64,000 nucleotides of DNA from Moorena sp. SIOASIH (lineage in GTDB: Bacteria; Cyanobacteriota; Cyanobacteriia; Cyanobacteriales; Coleofasciculaceae): the NCBI RefSeq assembly GCF_010671925.1, contig NZ_JAAHIH010000001.1, positions 869,053 through 933,052 of the forward strand. Direction: 5' to 3'. The position numbers were made by a program, and so were the translations under genes. Under the pieces are notes generated by a model. It was not told the DNA's origin, did not search any database, and saw only the letters and a program-made list of their open reading frames with translations. Position 1 is the first letter of the stretch. Each line of letters begins with the position of its first letter. Of the stretch, positions 28,321-36,760 are shown one piece after another.

Positions 28321-31062
28321 ATGTACCTGACTCAACCAGCCCAGATCCGAAAGTTAATCCTGAATTTATCAGCAGCAAAAATTCTCTGGTTAGATACAGA
28401 AATTGCTGATTGGGATACCCCTAATCCGAGATTATCTCTGATTCAGGTATTGGCTGATCCGACAGATACAAATGGTGAAAAAGCTTACATTTTAGATGTA
28501 TTAGACAAACCGGAAGTAGTGATAGACTTTGTTAACTATATTATGGTCAATCCTAACATTGAAAAAGTCTTTCACAACGCTAGTTTTGATTTACGGTATC
28601 TAGGGGGTAAAGAGCAAGCTAATAATGTTACCTGTACCTATAAAATAGCGAGAAAGCTGACCAATAAGAAACTGTCTAATCCATTAGAGGTATCCAATAG
28701 TAAATTAAAAACACTAGCGCTAGAACTATGCCATTTCGCCAATGTCGATACAGACGAACAAAGCAGTGATTGGGGCAAACGTCCGCTAACCGAAAAACAG
28801 CTAAAGTATGCAAAACTGGATACAGTGTATCTAGCCCATGTCCATCGCCGCTTACTAGAAATTGCCAAAAATAGCTCGAATCCAGAGCAGATGGTCACCA
28901 GAAAATCACGGACGCAACAATCAGAATCCCCTGGCTTCAGTGTTACCCAAGTTAGGGTAGCCCTTGAATGTCCTCGCTTATTTTATTTGAGTCATCACTT
29001 TGGTGGAAAAACCCTATTTATACCACCATCCAACTCACCAGGTATTGGGACAGTATTCCATCAGCTATGTCAACAGTCTACTGACACACTCCAGCAAGAT
29101 TCCCGATTTCAAGCTTTATTTTCTCCCACAGCAAGTCAGCTAGACCTAGGCCAGATTAGCTCTAAGATCCAAGCGCTACTGTATGAGCTAGTGGTTTTCC
29201 CTCAAATCGATGACTTAGAGATAGCCTCCCTACTTCCACTGTGGCAAGGATTAAAATCACTATTTCCCCATTGGACTCAACTGCTAGTTACTAATCGAGG
29301 CTATTGTCAGCCAGAGGAAGTAATTAGTAAAACCTTCGTTGCTCAAGAAATGAACCTCAGTTATAACTTCACTCTTCCTGATGGCACCGAGCAACACGTT
29401 AATGGAAAATTTGATAGCTTAATTTTCGACTGTGAACGCGATCGCTATTGTGTCGTAGACTATAAAACCTATCAACCGGTAGATCCATCCGCTAACCTAG
29501 CTCAAGTAGCTCTCTATAGTTACATGCTCCACCAAAAAAAAGGAGTAGCAATAGATGCAGCGGTTTATTGTGTTTTACCGGAATTCCAAAAACACTACTA
29601 TTCCCGGGAAGAGCTAGAGGATACAGTGCATCAGCTCATTCCCCATAAATTACAACAGATGCGGGAATGGCTGACTTGGAAACCTGCCCAGGTCGAAGAG
29701 GAGGGAGATGGAGAAAGTAGAAAAAACCATTGCACTCCAGCAATCGATAAGGGCAACCTGGAGCCACCACCACCGACACCACAGCTTCAGCTATGCAACA
29801 TTTGTCCCCAACAGCAGACCTGTCAAACCTTTTTTGAGGAGGTGAAAACTGAGCAAAAGCCAGTCAAGGCACCATCCCGCAAAATTCCTGAGACTGAGCA
29901 AAAGTCGGTTAAGCCACGTACCGCTAAAACTCGTAATCCTGAGCAAAAGCCAGTCAAGGCACCATCCCAAGCAACTCCTGAGACTGATCAGATCGGGCAA
30001 AAATTGGTGAGTACTCTAGAAGGCTTTAACATTAGTGTCGATTATGTCAACGCAACAGTTGCTCCAGCATTTGTCCGGATCAAGCTAAAACCCAATCGTG
30101 GGGTAAAAGTCATATCTATACAGAATCGCTCCAAGGATTTAAAAGTACACTTAGGTCTGGATAATCCTCCGCTGATTACTCCGAAAGCTGGGTATGTCAG
30201 TGTGGATTTACCACGGAAGGATGAGGATAGAGAAGTAGCTAGATTTGATGACTATATCCAGCTTACAGCAAATTCCGCCCCCCTAACCCCCCAATCTTGG
30301 GGGGAAATTGAGTTAAAGTCTCCCAGGATTGCGGTTGGAGTAAATTTAGATGGGAAATTGGTAGAGGCGGATTTATCGGATCCTAATACCTGTCACTTTT
30401 TGGTAGGGGGCACAACCGGAAGTGGCAAGAGTGAATTTTTGCGATCGCTTCTGCTATCCCTACTTTATAACCATTCTGCTGAACAGCTCAAAATTGCTCT
30501 AGTTGATCCCAAGCGCGTCACTTTCCCAGAATTTGAGCAAATGCCATGGTTGCTGTCACCAATCGTTAAAGATAGCGATCGCGCTATCGAACTGATGGAG
30601 CAATTAGTTGATGAAATGGAGCAGCGTTACCGGAAATTTGAACAAGCCAAGTGTCCTCACCTGGATGCTTATAATCAGCAATTGAGTAATAAACAAAACC
30701 TAGCTTTACCTCGGATAGTTTGTATTTTTGACGAATATGCTGACTTCATGGCAGAAAAAGAAATCCGCAAAGAGTTAGAATTAAGCATTAAGCGTTTAGG
30801 AGCCAAAGCTAGAGCAGCTGGGATTCATTTGATTGTTGCTACTCAACGGCCAGATGCTAACGTTGTTACTCCGATTATTCGCTCTAATTTACCAGGGCGA
30901 ATTGCTTTACGCACAGCGTCTGAAGCCGACTCAAAGATTATTTTTGGTGGCAGCAACACTGAAGCAGCTTATTTGTTGGGTAAGGGAGATTTATTATATC
31001 AAAAGGGTGGTAAGTTAGAGCGATTGCAGAGTTTGTTTGCTGAGACAATTAAATTGCCTTGA
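28321..31062 (+). CDS. three-domain fusion: DEDDy 3'-5' exonuclease + Cas4/RecB-like 4-Cys PD-(D/E)xK nuclease + FtsK/SpoIIIE-type DNA translocase ATPase (no gamma domain)
   Basis: ExoI LWLDTE, ExoII FHNASFDL, ExoIII YAKLDTVY. Cys...C-x2-C-x5-C (ECPRLF; CNICPQQQTC) with GKFDSL, VVDYK and QVALYSY nuclease motifs. FtsK beta-domain, Walker A GGTTGSGKSEFL, Walker B IVCIFDEYADF, and ATQRPDANVVTPIIRSNLPGRIALRTASEADSKIIFG. Confidence 0.75.
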   Translation: MYLTQPAQIRKLILNLSAAKILWLDTEIADWDTPNPRLSLIQVLADPTDTNGEKAYILDVLDKPEVVIDFVNYIMVNPNIEKVFHNASFDLRYLGGKEQANNVTCTYKIARKLTNKKLSNPLEVSNSKLKTLALELCHFANVDTDEQSSDWGKRPLTEKQLKYAKLDTVYLAHVHRRLLEIAKNSSNPEQMVTRKSRTQQSESPGFSVTQVRVALECPRLFYLSHHFGGKTLFIPPSNSPGIGTVFHQLCQQSTDTLQQDSRFQALFSPTASQLDLGQISSKIQALLYELVVFPQIDDLEIASLLPLWQGLKSLFPHWTQLLVTNRGYCQPEEVISKTFVAQEMNLSYNFTLPDGTEQHVNGKFDSLIFDCERDRYCVVDYKTYQPVDPSANLAQVALYSYMLHQKKGVAIDAAVYCVLPEFQKHYYSREELEDTVHQLIPHKLQQMREWLTWKPAQVEEEGDGESRKNHCTPAIDKGNLEPPPPTPQLQLCNICPQQQTCQTFFEEVKTEQKPVKAPSRKIPETEQKSVKPRTAKTRNPEQKPVKAPSQATPETDQIGQKLVSTLEGFNISVDYVNATVAPAFVRIKLKPNRGVKVISIQNRSKDLKVHLGLDNPPLITPKAGYVSVDLPRKDEDREVARFDDYIQLTANSAPLTPQSWGEIELKSPRIAVGVNLDGKLVEADLSDPNTCHFLVGGTTGSGKSEFLRSLLLSLLYNHSAEQLKIALVDPKRVTFPEFEQMPWLLSPIVKDSDRAIELMEQLVDEMEQRYRKFEQAKCPHLDAYNQQLSNKQNLALPRIVCIFDEYADFMAEKEIRKELELSIKRLGAKARAAGIHLIVATQRPDANVVTPIIRSNLPGRIALRTASEADSKIIFGGSNTEAAYLLGKGDLLYQKGGKLERLQSLFAETIKLP

Positions 31063-31141
31063 TCGTAAGCATTAAGCAGTCAGCCGTCAGCCGTCAGCTA
31101 ATAGCTCATGCTACGGGAACAACCGTCAGCCATAACACACC

Positions 31142-31870
31142 CTACTCAACACCCCGAGCCACACGAAAACCGACATTGGTTTTGATGGCATCGCGCGTGA
31201 AATTGTAGTCGCGTTGGGCAGAACGGCAATGAATAGGAGAGCTGGTCCAGGACCCGCCCCGCAGAATATATTTAGTATGATTACTAGTAGGTTTAGTCCA
31301 GACACTCCCATCTGTAGGAGGATCTCCTTTGTAATTATCATGCCTTGGATCCGCACACCACTCCCAAAGATTGCCGTGCATATCGTATAAGCCAAAGCCG
31401 TTGGGGGGAAAAATTCCTACGTCGGTGGTTTCTTCTCGATATTTCCATTCTTCTTCCTCTGCATAAGTAAAGTCACCGTTATAGTTAGCTAATTTACTGG
31501 TTATGGTCTCTCCATAATGGAATGGTGTGGTAGTTCCTGCTCTACAAGCGTATTCCCATTCCGCTTCACTGGGTAATCTGTATTCCGTTCCTGTATGTTT
31601 AGAGAGGCGATCGCAAAATTCCACCGCATCGTACCAGCTTACTTGCTCTACTGGTCGCTTCTCTCCTTTAAATATCGAAGGGTCTGGCTTTAAGTCCCGG
31701 TTAACTTTTGGGAGTTTGGCCACAGCTCGCCATTGCGCTTGGGTTACCAGATATTTGCCCAGGAAGAAGGGTTGGATGGTTACTTGGTGTTGAGGTCTTT
31801 CAGTTTCATCACTCCCCCTCTCAGTTTCCGGGGAACCCATTAAGAAGGTTCCGGCTGGGATATACACCAT
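31142..31870 (-). CDS. stand-alone formylglycine-generating-enzyme/sulfatase-modifying (FGE-sulfatase, FGS) domain protein; truncated tandem duplicate of the 3' half of 32680..34878
   Basis: ~70% aa identity to the C-terminal domain of the CHAT-FGS protein (MVYIPAG...RLPSEAEWEYACRAGTTTPFHYGETITS...YDMHGNLWEWC). Nucleotide similarity extends upstream to ~32010. Confidence 0.7.
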   Translation of the reverse strand: MVYIPAGTFLMGSPETERGSDETERPQHQVTIQPFFLGKYLVTQAQWRAVAKLPKVNRDLKPDPSIFKGEKRPVEQVSWYDAVEFCDRLSKHTGTEYRLPSEAEWEYACRAGTTTPFHYGETITSKLANYNGDFTYAEEEEWKYREETTDVGIFPPNGFGLYDMHGNLWEWCADPRHDNYKGDPPTDGSVWTKPTSNHTKYILRGGSWTSSPIHCRSAQRDYNFTRDAIKTNVGFRVARGVE

Positions 31871-32176
31871 GTCTAGGTCTACTCCATTCCCCAGATCTTG
31901 AGTGAAATAATCCGCTTGCTGGGATTTTCGGTTGATTATTGCTCCTCTACGGTTAACTGTTACTACTTGAAAGGAAAACTGCTTTAAACCTTTTGGCTCT
32001 GCCGTTTGTTTGTAAACTAATAAATTAGAAATGTCATTGGCATTTTTTTATAACCATTGCTTTAGTTGCTCAGCCTCTGACTTAGGAATATTTCCATTTA
32101 CTAATAAACGATCGACAAATTTTACAATAAATTTTTCATCATCATTTCGTTGATGTATATGTATATGATCCAAATT

Positions 32177-32581
32177 TTATAGAATTTCATAAAAAGTGTT
32201 AGGATTTTTATTTTGACAATCGGGACAACAATCTCTGTAAGACTTTTGCATTTGTTTTATCAAGTTTTTTTCTAAAGGAATCAATATATTGATTAAACTA
32301 GTGGTAATTTTGAAATTTTCCTCAATCGCTTTTAATTTAGCATTATTTTGATTTTGTTTAAGTGCTCTATCAATTAATTCTTCTAACTGATTGTAAGCCT
32401 GACAATACATTATTAATTTGTGAACTATTGCCTTTAAATTTCCACCGCTAGCAACCTCGTTCAGATTTATATTTAATTCAAAAAGCACCATCATTTCTAA
32501 GTCAGTTTTATCAGGAAAAGCACTACACAGTGCTTCGTTTATCTTTTTGAGTAGATAACCAAGGGTATGTCCAGTATTCAT
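32177..32581 (-). CDS. small alpha-helical protein of unknown function (AT-rich, ~30% GC)
   Basis: 134-aa ORF, C-terminal CCPDCQN. Lies in an AT-rich insert between the two FGS copies. Confidence 0.45.
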   Translation of the reverse strand: MNTGHTLGYLLKKINEALCSAFPDKTDLEMMVLFELNINLNEVASGGNLKAIVHKLIMYCQAYNQLEELIDRALKQNQNNAKLKAIEENFKITTSLINILIPLEKNLIKQMQKSYRDCCPDCQNKNPNTFYEIL

Positions 32582-32679
32582 TGATGGTTAGTTCAAGACC
32601 TTATTTTCCGGCGGGCAGGATGCCCGCTCTACTGCTATTAATTCAAAGACTGACGCAACGCCATAAAAAGGGCAAAGGG

Positions 32680-34878
32680 CTAAATCTTCCCAACACTCTG
32701 AGCCACACGAAATCCGACCTTGACGAAGATGAAAACGCTCAGTTTAAAGAGGTTAAAGTGGTCGGAGTAGTCGGAGCGGAAGGCAGAACGGCAATCCCCA
32801 GCCTCGGTGTTCCACGAGCCGCCCCGCATAATATAATAATTAAAAGGATTATGTTTTTTACTCCAGACACTCGCATCTGTAGGGGCTCCTTTGTAATTAT
32901 CATGGAAAGGATCCGCACACCATTCCCAAACATTTCCGTGCATATCGTATAAGCCAAAGCTGTTGGGAGGAAAACTTCTTACTGGGGTGGTTTTTCTTCG
33001 ATACTCCCCTTTTTTTTCCTTTGCATAAGTATCGGAAGCCTTATAATTAGCTAATTCACTGGTTATAGTCTCTCCATAATGGAATGGTGTGGTAGTTCCG
33101 GCTCTACAGGCATATTCCCATTCTGCTTCACTGGGTAATCTGTATTGCTTTCCTGTATATTTAGAAAGGCGATCGCAAAATTCCACTGCATCGAACCAGG
33201 TTACTCGCTCTACTGGTCGATTCTCTCCTTTAAATTCAGAGGGGTCTGGATCTAAGTCATGTTTAACTTTTGGGAGGTTTTGAACCACAGCTTTCCATTG
33301 CGCCTGGGTTACCTGATATTTCCCCAGGAAAAAGGGTGGGATGGTTACTTGGTGTTGAGGTCTTTCCCTGTCATCAATCCACCTCTCTCTTATCGAGGAA
33401 CCCATTGAGAAGCGTCCTGCTGGGATATACACCATATCTAGGGGGTCTACTCCATTGCCCAGATCTTGAGTAAAATAACTTGCTTGTTTATTTTCTCGCT
33501 CGCTTATTAATCCTTTACCGTTAACTGTTACTACTTCAAAGGAAAACTGCTTTAGACCTTCTGGATGTTGCCCATTACCAAATAACTTCCCCCCCTTTTT
33601 ATCAGACCAACGTAGGTAAAGCACTGGGCGATACCATTGGTTTCCCTCTCTACCCATTTGAGCCTGTCCCATACTAACAGCAGTAGTTAGGACTTTTTTG
33701 TTCCCTAATGCTCGATAAAACCGCTCTGCAAAAGCAGTTGCCCCTTTTACGGTAACATTGTATTGCATAGCTACCACTGCTGGAATCTGTTGCTCTATCA
33801 ATTTTTGAGCCACACCGTTGAACACAGAATCGCTTCCCAGTGCCTTCCCCGTTTGACAAGCACTCATAACCACCAAACGAATGCCTTGGTCTGGTTTTTG
33901 TTCTAAATCAAGATTACTTTTTTGAATCAGCTCACTAATTTCTGTAGCACTAATATAATCGGCCTCTTTAGTACTATCTTTTTGGTTAGGTTTAAACAGT
34001 AAGTAACCTTGGGGAGATGGATCTAAAGGATAGCCACATTTTCGGCATTCCTTCGCTGTGAGATCGTCATGGATAGTACGGCATTGCTCTTGATTGCAAC
34101 GTTTACCGAAAAAGCCATGACCATCGAAGTGAATGAGATGAGGCGTTTTGTCTTCAGAGATTTGGGTGAGGTAATCTCCAAATTCTTTGAAAGTCGGAGA
34201 TTTTAGGGTTTCTACCTCAATTGTGCCTTCTGCTTCAGCTTGTTTGAGTCCTCTTAGTATAGCTGTTTGCTCTTGATAGTCAAGGGAAACTAAACCCATA
34301 TCTGTATCGCCAACAGGGGATGAGACCAGGAAAACCTTGATTTTGTTTACTGGTGGAAGTTCAGGTATTTTTTGGACAAAGCCAATTAACCGTGAAAAAG
34401 TCACTTGTCGTCCAGCCAGAAATCCGCGATCGTCGCAAGCTAATTCCCAAGGATAATCCGGTAAACGTCCTCTCTGGTCAATTTTTTCATTAAATTGAAT
34501 TTGAATATGTAGTTGTTCCCCTTTATCAAGGCTCCCTAACATTATAGTTAATAAATCCCTGCCATCTCCTGGGGGAAAAAGAGTGTTATAGATATCTTTT
34601 CCAATCTTCTTTAATAGTTGGGTATCGAAATGATTACCCTCTGAAGTAAGCCACCCTTGCTTTTTCATCCATTCTACTTCTTCCTCATAAAAGTTATTGG
34701 ATTTAAAAGCTACAGCACCAAGGGCGTCAATCATAGTAGTTCGCCATTGCTTTCTATTTTCAAAAAAGGGTAAACGGGAATGATAATCTGCATGACCAGC
34801 TTCTCCATAGGCATAAATTTGGATTTCTCCTGGCTCTGCACTTCTGGGTACGGTTAAAAATAATGTCAGTAGTTTCAT
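32680..34878 (-). CDS. CHAT (caspase-like) peptidase fused to C-terminal FGE-sulfatase (FGS) domain
   Basis: Caspase-fold His/Cys dyad (HLIHFDGHGFF; LVVMSACQTG). C-terminal SUMF1/FGE motifs as above. Confidence 0.85.
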   Translation of the reverse strand: MKLLTLFLTVPRSAEPGEIQIYAYGEAGHADYHSRLPFFENRKQWRTTMIDALGAVAFKSNNFYEEEVEWMKKQGWLTSEGNHFDTQLLKKIGKDIYNTLFPPGDGRDLLTIMLGSLDKGEQLHIQIQFNEKIDQRGRLPDYPWELACDDRGFLAGRQVTFSRLIGFVQKIPELPPVNKIKVFLVSSPVGDTDMGLVSLDYQEQTAILRGLKQAEAEGTIEVETLKSPTFKEFGDYLTQISEDKTPHLIHFDGHGFFGKRCNQEQCRTIHDDLTAKECRKCGYPLDPSPQGYLLFKPNQKDSTKEADYISATEISELIQKSNLDLEQKPDQGIRLVVMSACQTGKALGSDSVFNGVAQKLIEQQIPAVVAMQYNVTVKGATAFAERFYRALGNKKVLTTAVSMGQAQMGREGNQWYRPVLYLRWSDKKGGKLFGNGQHPEGLKQFSFEVVTVNGKGLISERENKQASYFTQDLGNGVDPLDMVYIPAGRFSMGSSIRERWIDDRERPQHQVTIPPFFLGKYQVTQAQWKAVVQNLPKVKHDLDPDPSEFKGENRPVERVTWFDAVEFCDRLSKYTGKQYRLPSEAEWEYACRAGTTTPFHYGETITSELANYKASDTYAKEKKGEYRRKTTPVRSFPPNSFGLYDMHGNVWEWCADPFHDNYKGAPTDASVWSKKHNPFNYYIMRGGSWNTEAGDCRSAFRSDYSDHFNLFKLSVFIFVKVGFRVAQSVGKI

Positions 34879-35086
34879 TATCTAAGGTGTTTTGCCTGGG
34901 AACTAGATATGAATGAAATCAACTAAAAACTATAGATATCTATCAAATTTTGCCTTTTGCCTCTCGCTGAATCTCACTTCTGCTGTTTGACCCGAGCAAC
35001 TTTTTGACAAATGAATATAAGATGCACCCTTTGCTTTTTGCCTTTGGCCTTGCTAAAACGGATTTTAAATTTTCAGCTTAGCTTTT

Positions 35087-35461
35087 CTATATCGATTTTC
35101 CACTTTTACCTTTGATCGTTCCCTCTATACTGTTGTTGATTGAGGGAAGAACAGTTCCTGGATATAAATCTTGACAGTATCGCTTCATTTCCTCTTTACT
35201 ATACAACGGCGATAGTTTAACCTTCACTTTTTGAAGTGAATCCTGACCAACTCCACCACTAGCTTCTGCTCCACCAACGGATAAAACATTCATTTTAATG
35301 CCAGCTTTTCCTTCTCTTTTCAGGGTTACTTGAAGCTCTAGTTCAACTGATTCCACAAAAAGAAAAGGAGCTGTTTTATTTTTTGCAGGTGTTAGTAATT
35401 CCCCTTTGACTTGCTCAACCAATTCCGCAAGTCCAATCGAACTATTTCCGTTATCAGTCAT
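35087..35461 (-). CDS. trypco2-family small protein (trypsin/CHAT co-occurring domain)
   Basis: Pattern IGLAELVEQVKGEL...FLFVESVELELQVTLKREGKAGIKMNVL...KVKVKLSP matches the small proteins that accompany CHAT/trypsin effectors. Same strand and adjacent to the CHAT gene. Confidence 0.6.
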   Translation of the reverse strand: MTDNGNSSIGLAELVEQVKGELLTPAKNKTAPFLFVESVELELQVTLKREGKAGIKMNVLSVGGAEASGGVGQDSLQKVKVKLSPLYSKEEMKRYCQDLYPGTVLPSINNSIEGTIKGKSGKSI

Positions 35462-35699
35462 GACTATATTGTAGTTTAGTGTTTAAGGTGAATCTAAATT
35501 TTTCTAGATTAATGAGACCTTGATGTAACAGGCATCTTGCTTATTACAGCTAGGCCCAATGCAGTGCGTTACGGGATGGACTTTTGTAAAACTGGCTACC
35601 AATAAAATTCTGCGATCCCTTCCCTAACGCACCTAATGCACCCTATGCACCCTACGCACCTTACGAACAGCTGATAACAAATAGCTGATAGCTTAACTA

Positions 35700-36272
35700 T
35701 TACCCCCATACTAACACAGCATACACTCCATAGATAAAATAAACACTAAATACAATCGCAATAATAATTCGAGACTTCATGGAAGTGTGGCGTCTCCACA
35801 ATACAAAGCATCCCACTATAACAGCCAACACTTCTAGGGGAGCAAAGATATGACCATAATGACGAGAATCCCAATAAGACACAGGGCTTTCAAAGCGCCA
35901 GTTTGACAATGGAAAAAAGTGACGGTGGGCATCGTCAGCATGGAGAGGAAAATCTCCTAACCCATGAAGAGCCATGCTAACAAACATAGCAATCAGAAAC
36001 GTTTGACGAAAATAGTAGGCTAACAACCCACCTATTAGTATCAATGGAAAAGAATTGAAAATATCGAAAAATACTTGCCAGTTTGGGTTATAATAAGATT
36101 CAGACCAGATTACGTTTTCAGGAATTCCTCTGAGGAGTTTCTCATATACGTAAAAAATTACCATTGGTAAATCCGGTAACATGGCACCGAACACAATTGG
36201 AAAATTATTTTCGGGCTTTCTTTTTTTTCCTAAAATTAGGAGATTGACGATGGCGTGAGCAGGAGTATTCAC
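35700..36272 (-). CDS. integral membrane protein, possible membrane-bound metal-dependent hydrolase
   Basis: Five to six TM helices with conserved His/Asp (HGLGDFPLHADDAHRHF). Confidence 0.45.
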   Translation of the reverse strand: MNTPAHAIVNLLILGKKRKPENNFPIVFGAMLPDLPMVIFYVYEKLLRGIPENVIWSESYYNPNWQVFFDIFNSFPLILIGGLLAYYFRQTFLIAMFVSMALHGLGDFPLHADDAHRHFFPLSNWRFESPVSYWDSRHYGHIFAPLEVLAVIVGCFVLWRRHTSMKSRIIIAIVFSVYFIYGVYAVLVWG

Positions 36273-36760
36273 AAATAAGGGAGTAGGGAGTAGGGAGTAG
36301 GGAGTAGGGAGTAGGGAGTAGGGAGTAGGGAGTAGGGAGTAGGGAATCGGGAATCGGGAATCGGGAATCGGGAATCGGGAATTAAGAATTAAGAATTAAG
36401 AATTGGGAATTGGGAATCGGGAATCGGGAATCGGGAATAGAAATTATCACAATTTATTTAGGTTCCCTATAACTTTCAACTTTGAACTTTCAACTTTGAA
36501 CTTTCAACTTTCAACTTTCAACTTTGAACTTTCAACTTTGAACTTTCAACTTTCAACTTTCAACTTTCAACTTTCAACTTTCAACTTTCAACTTTCAACT
36601 TTCAACCTTCAACTTTCAACTTTCAACCTACTCTCAACCTTCAACCTTCAACCTTTCAACCTTCAACCTTCAACCAACCTTAAGCCTTCAACCTACTTTC
36701 AACCTTCAACCTACTTTAAACCTTCAACCAACTTTAAACCTTCAACTAACTTATACTTTT
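36270..36760. repeat. 490 bp of consecutive heptamer arrays (GGGAGTA, GGGAATC, AAGAATT, CAACTTT/GAACTTT, CAACCTT)
   Basis: Direct reading. ORF 36403..36843 is an artefact of the arrays. Confidence 0.95.

Noticed and set aside
32581-32952. 123-aa plus-strand ORF
   Set aside because: Antisense to the 3' end of the CHAT-FGS gene. No support.
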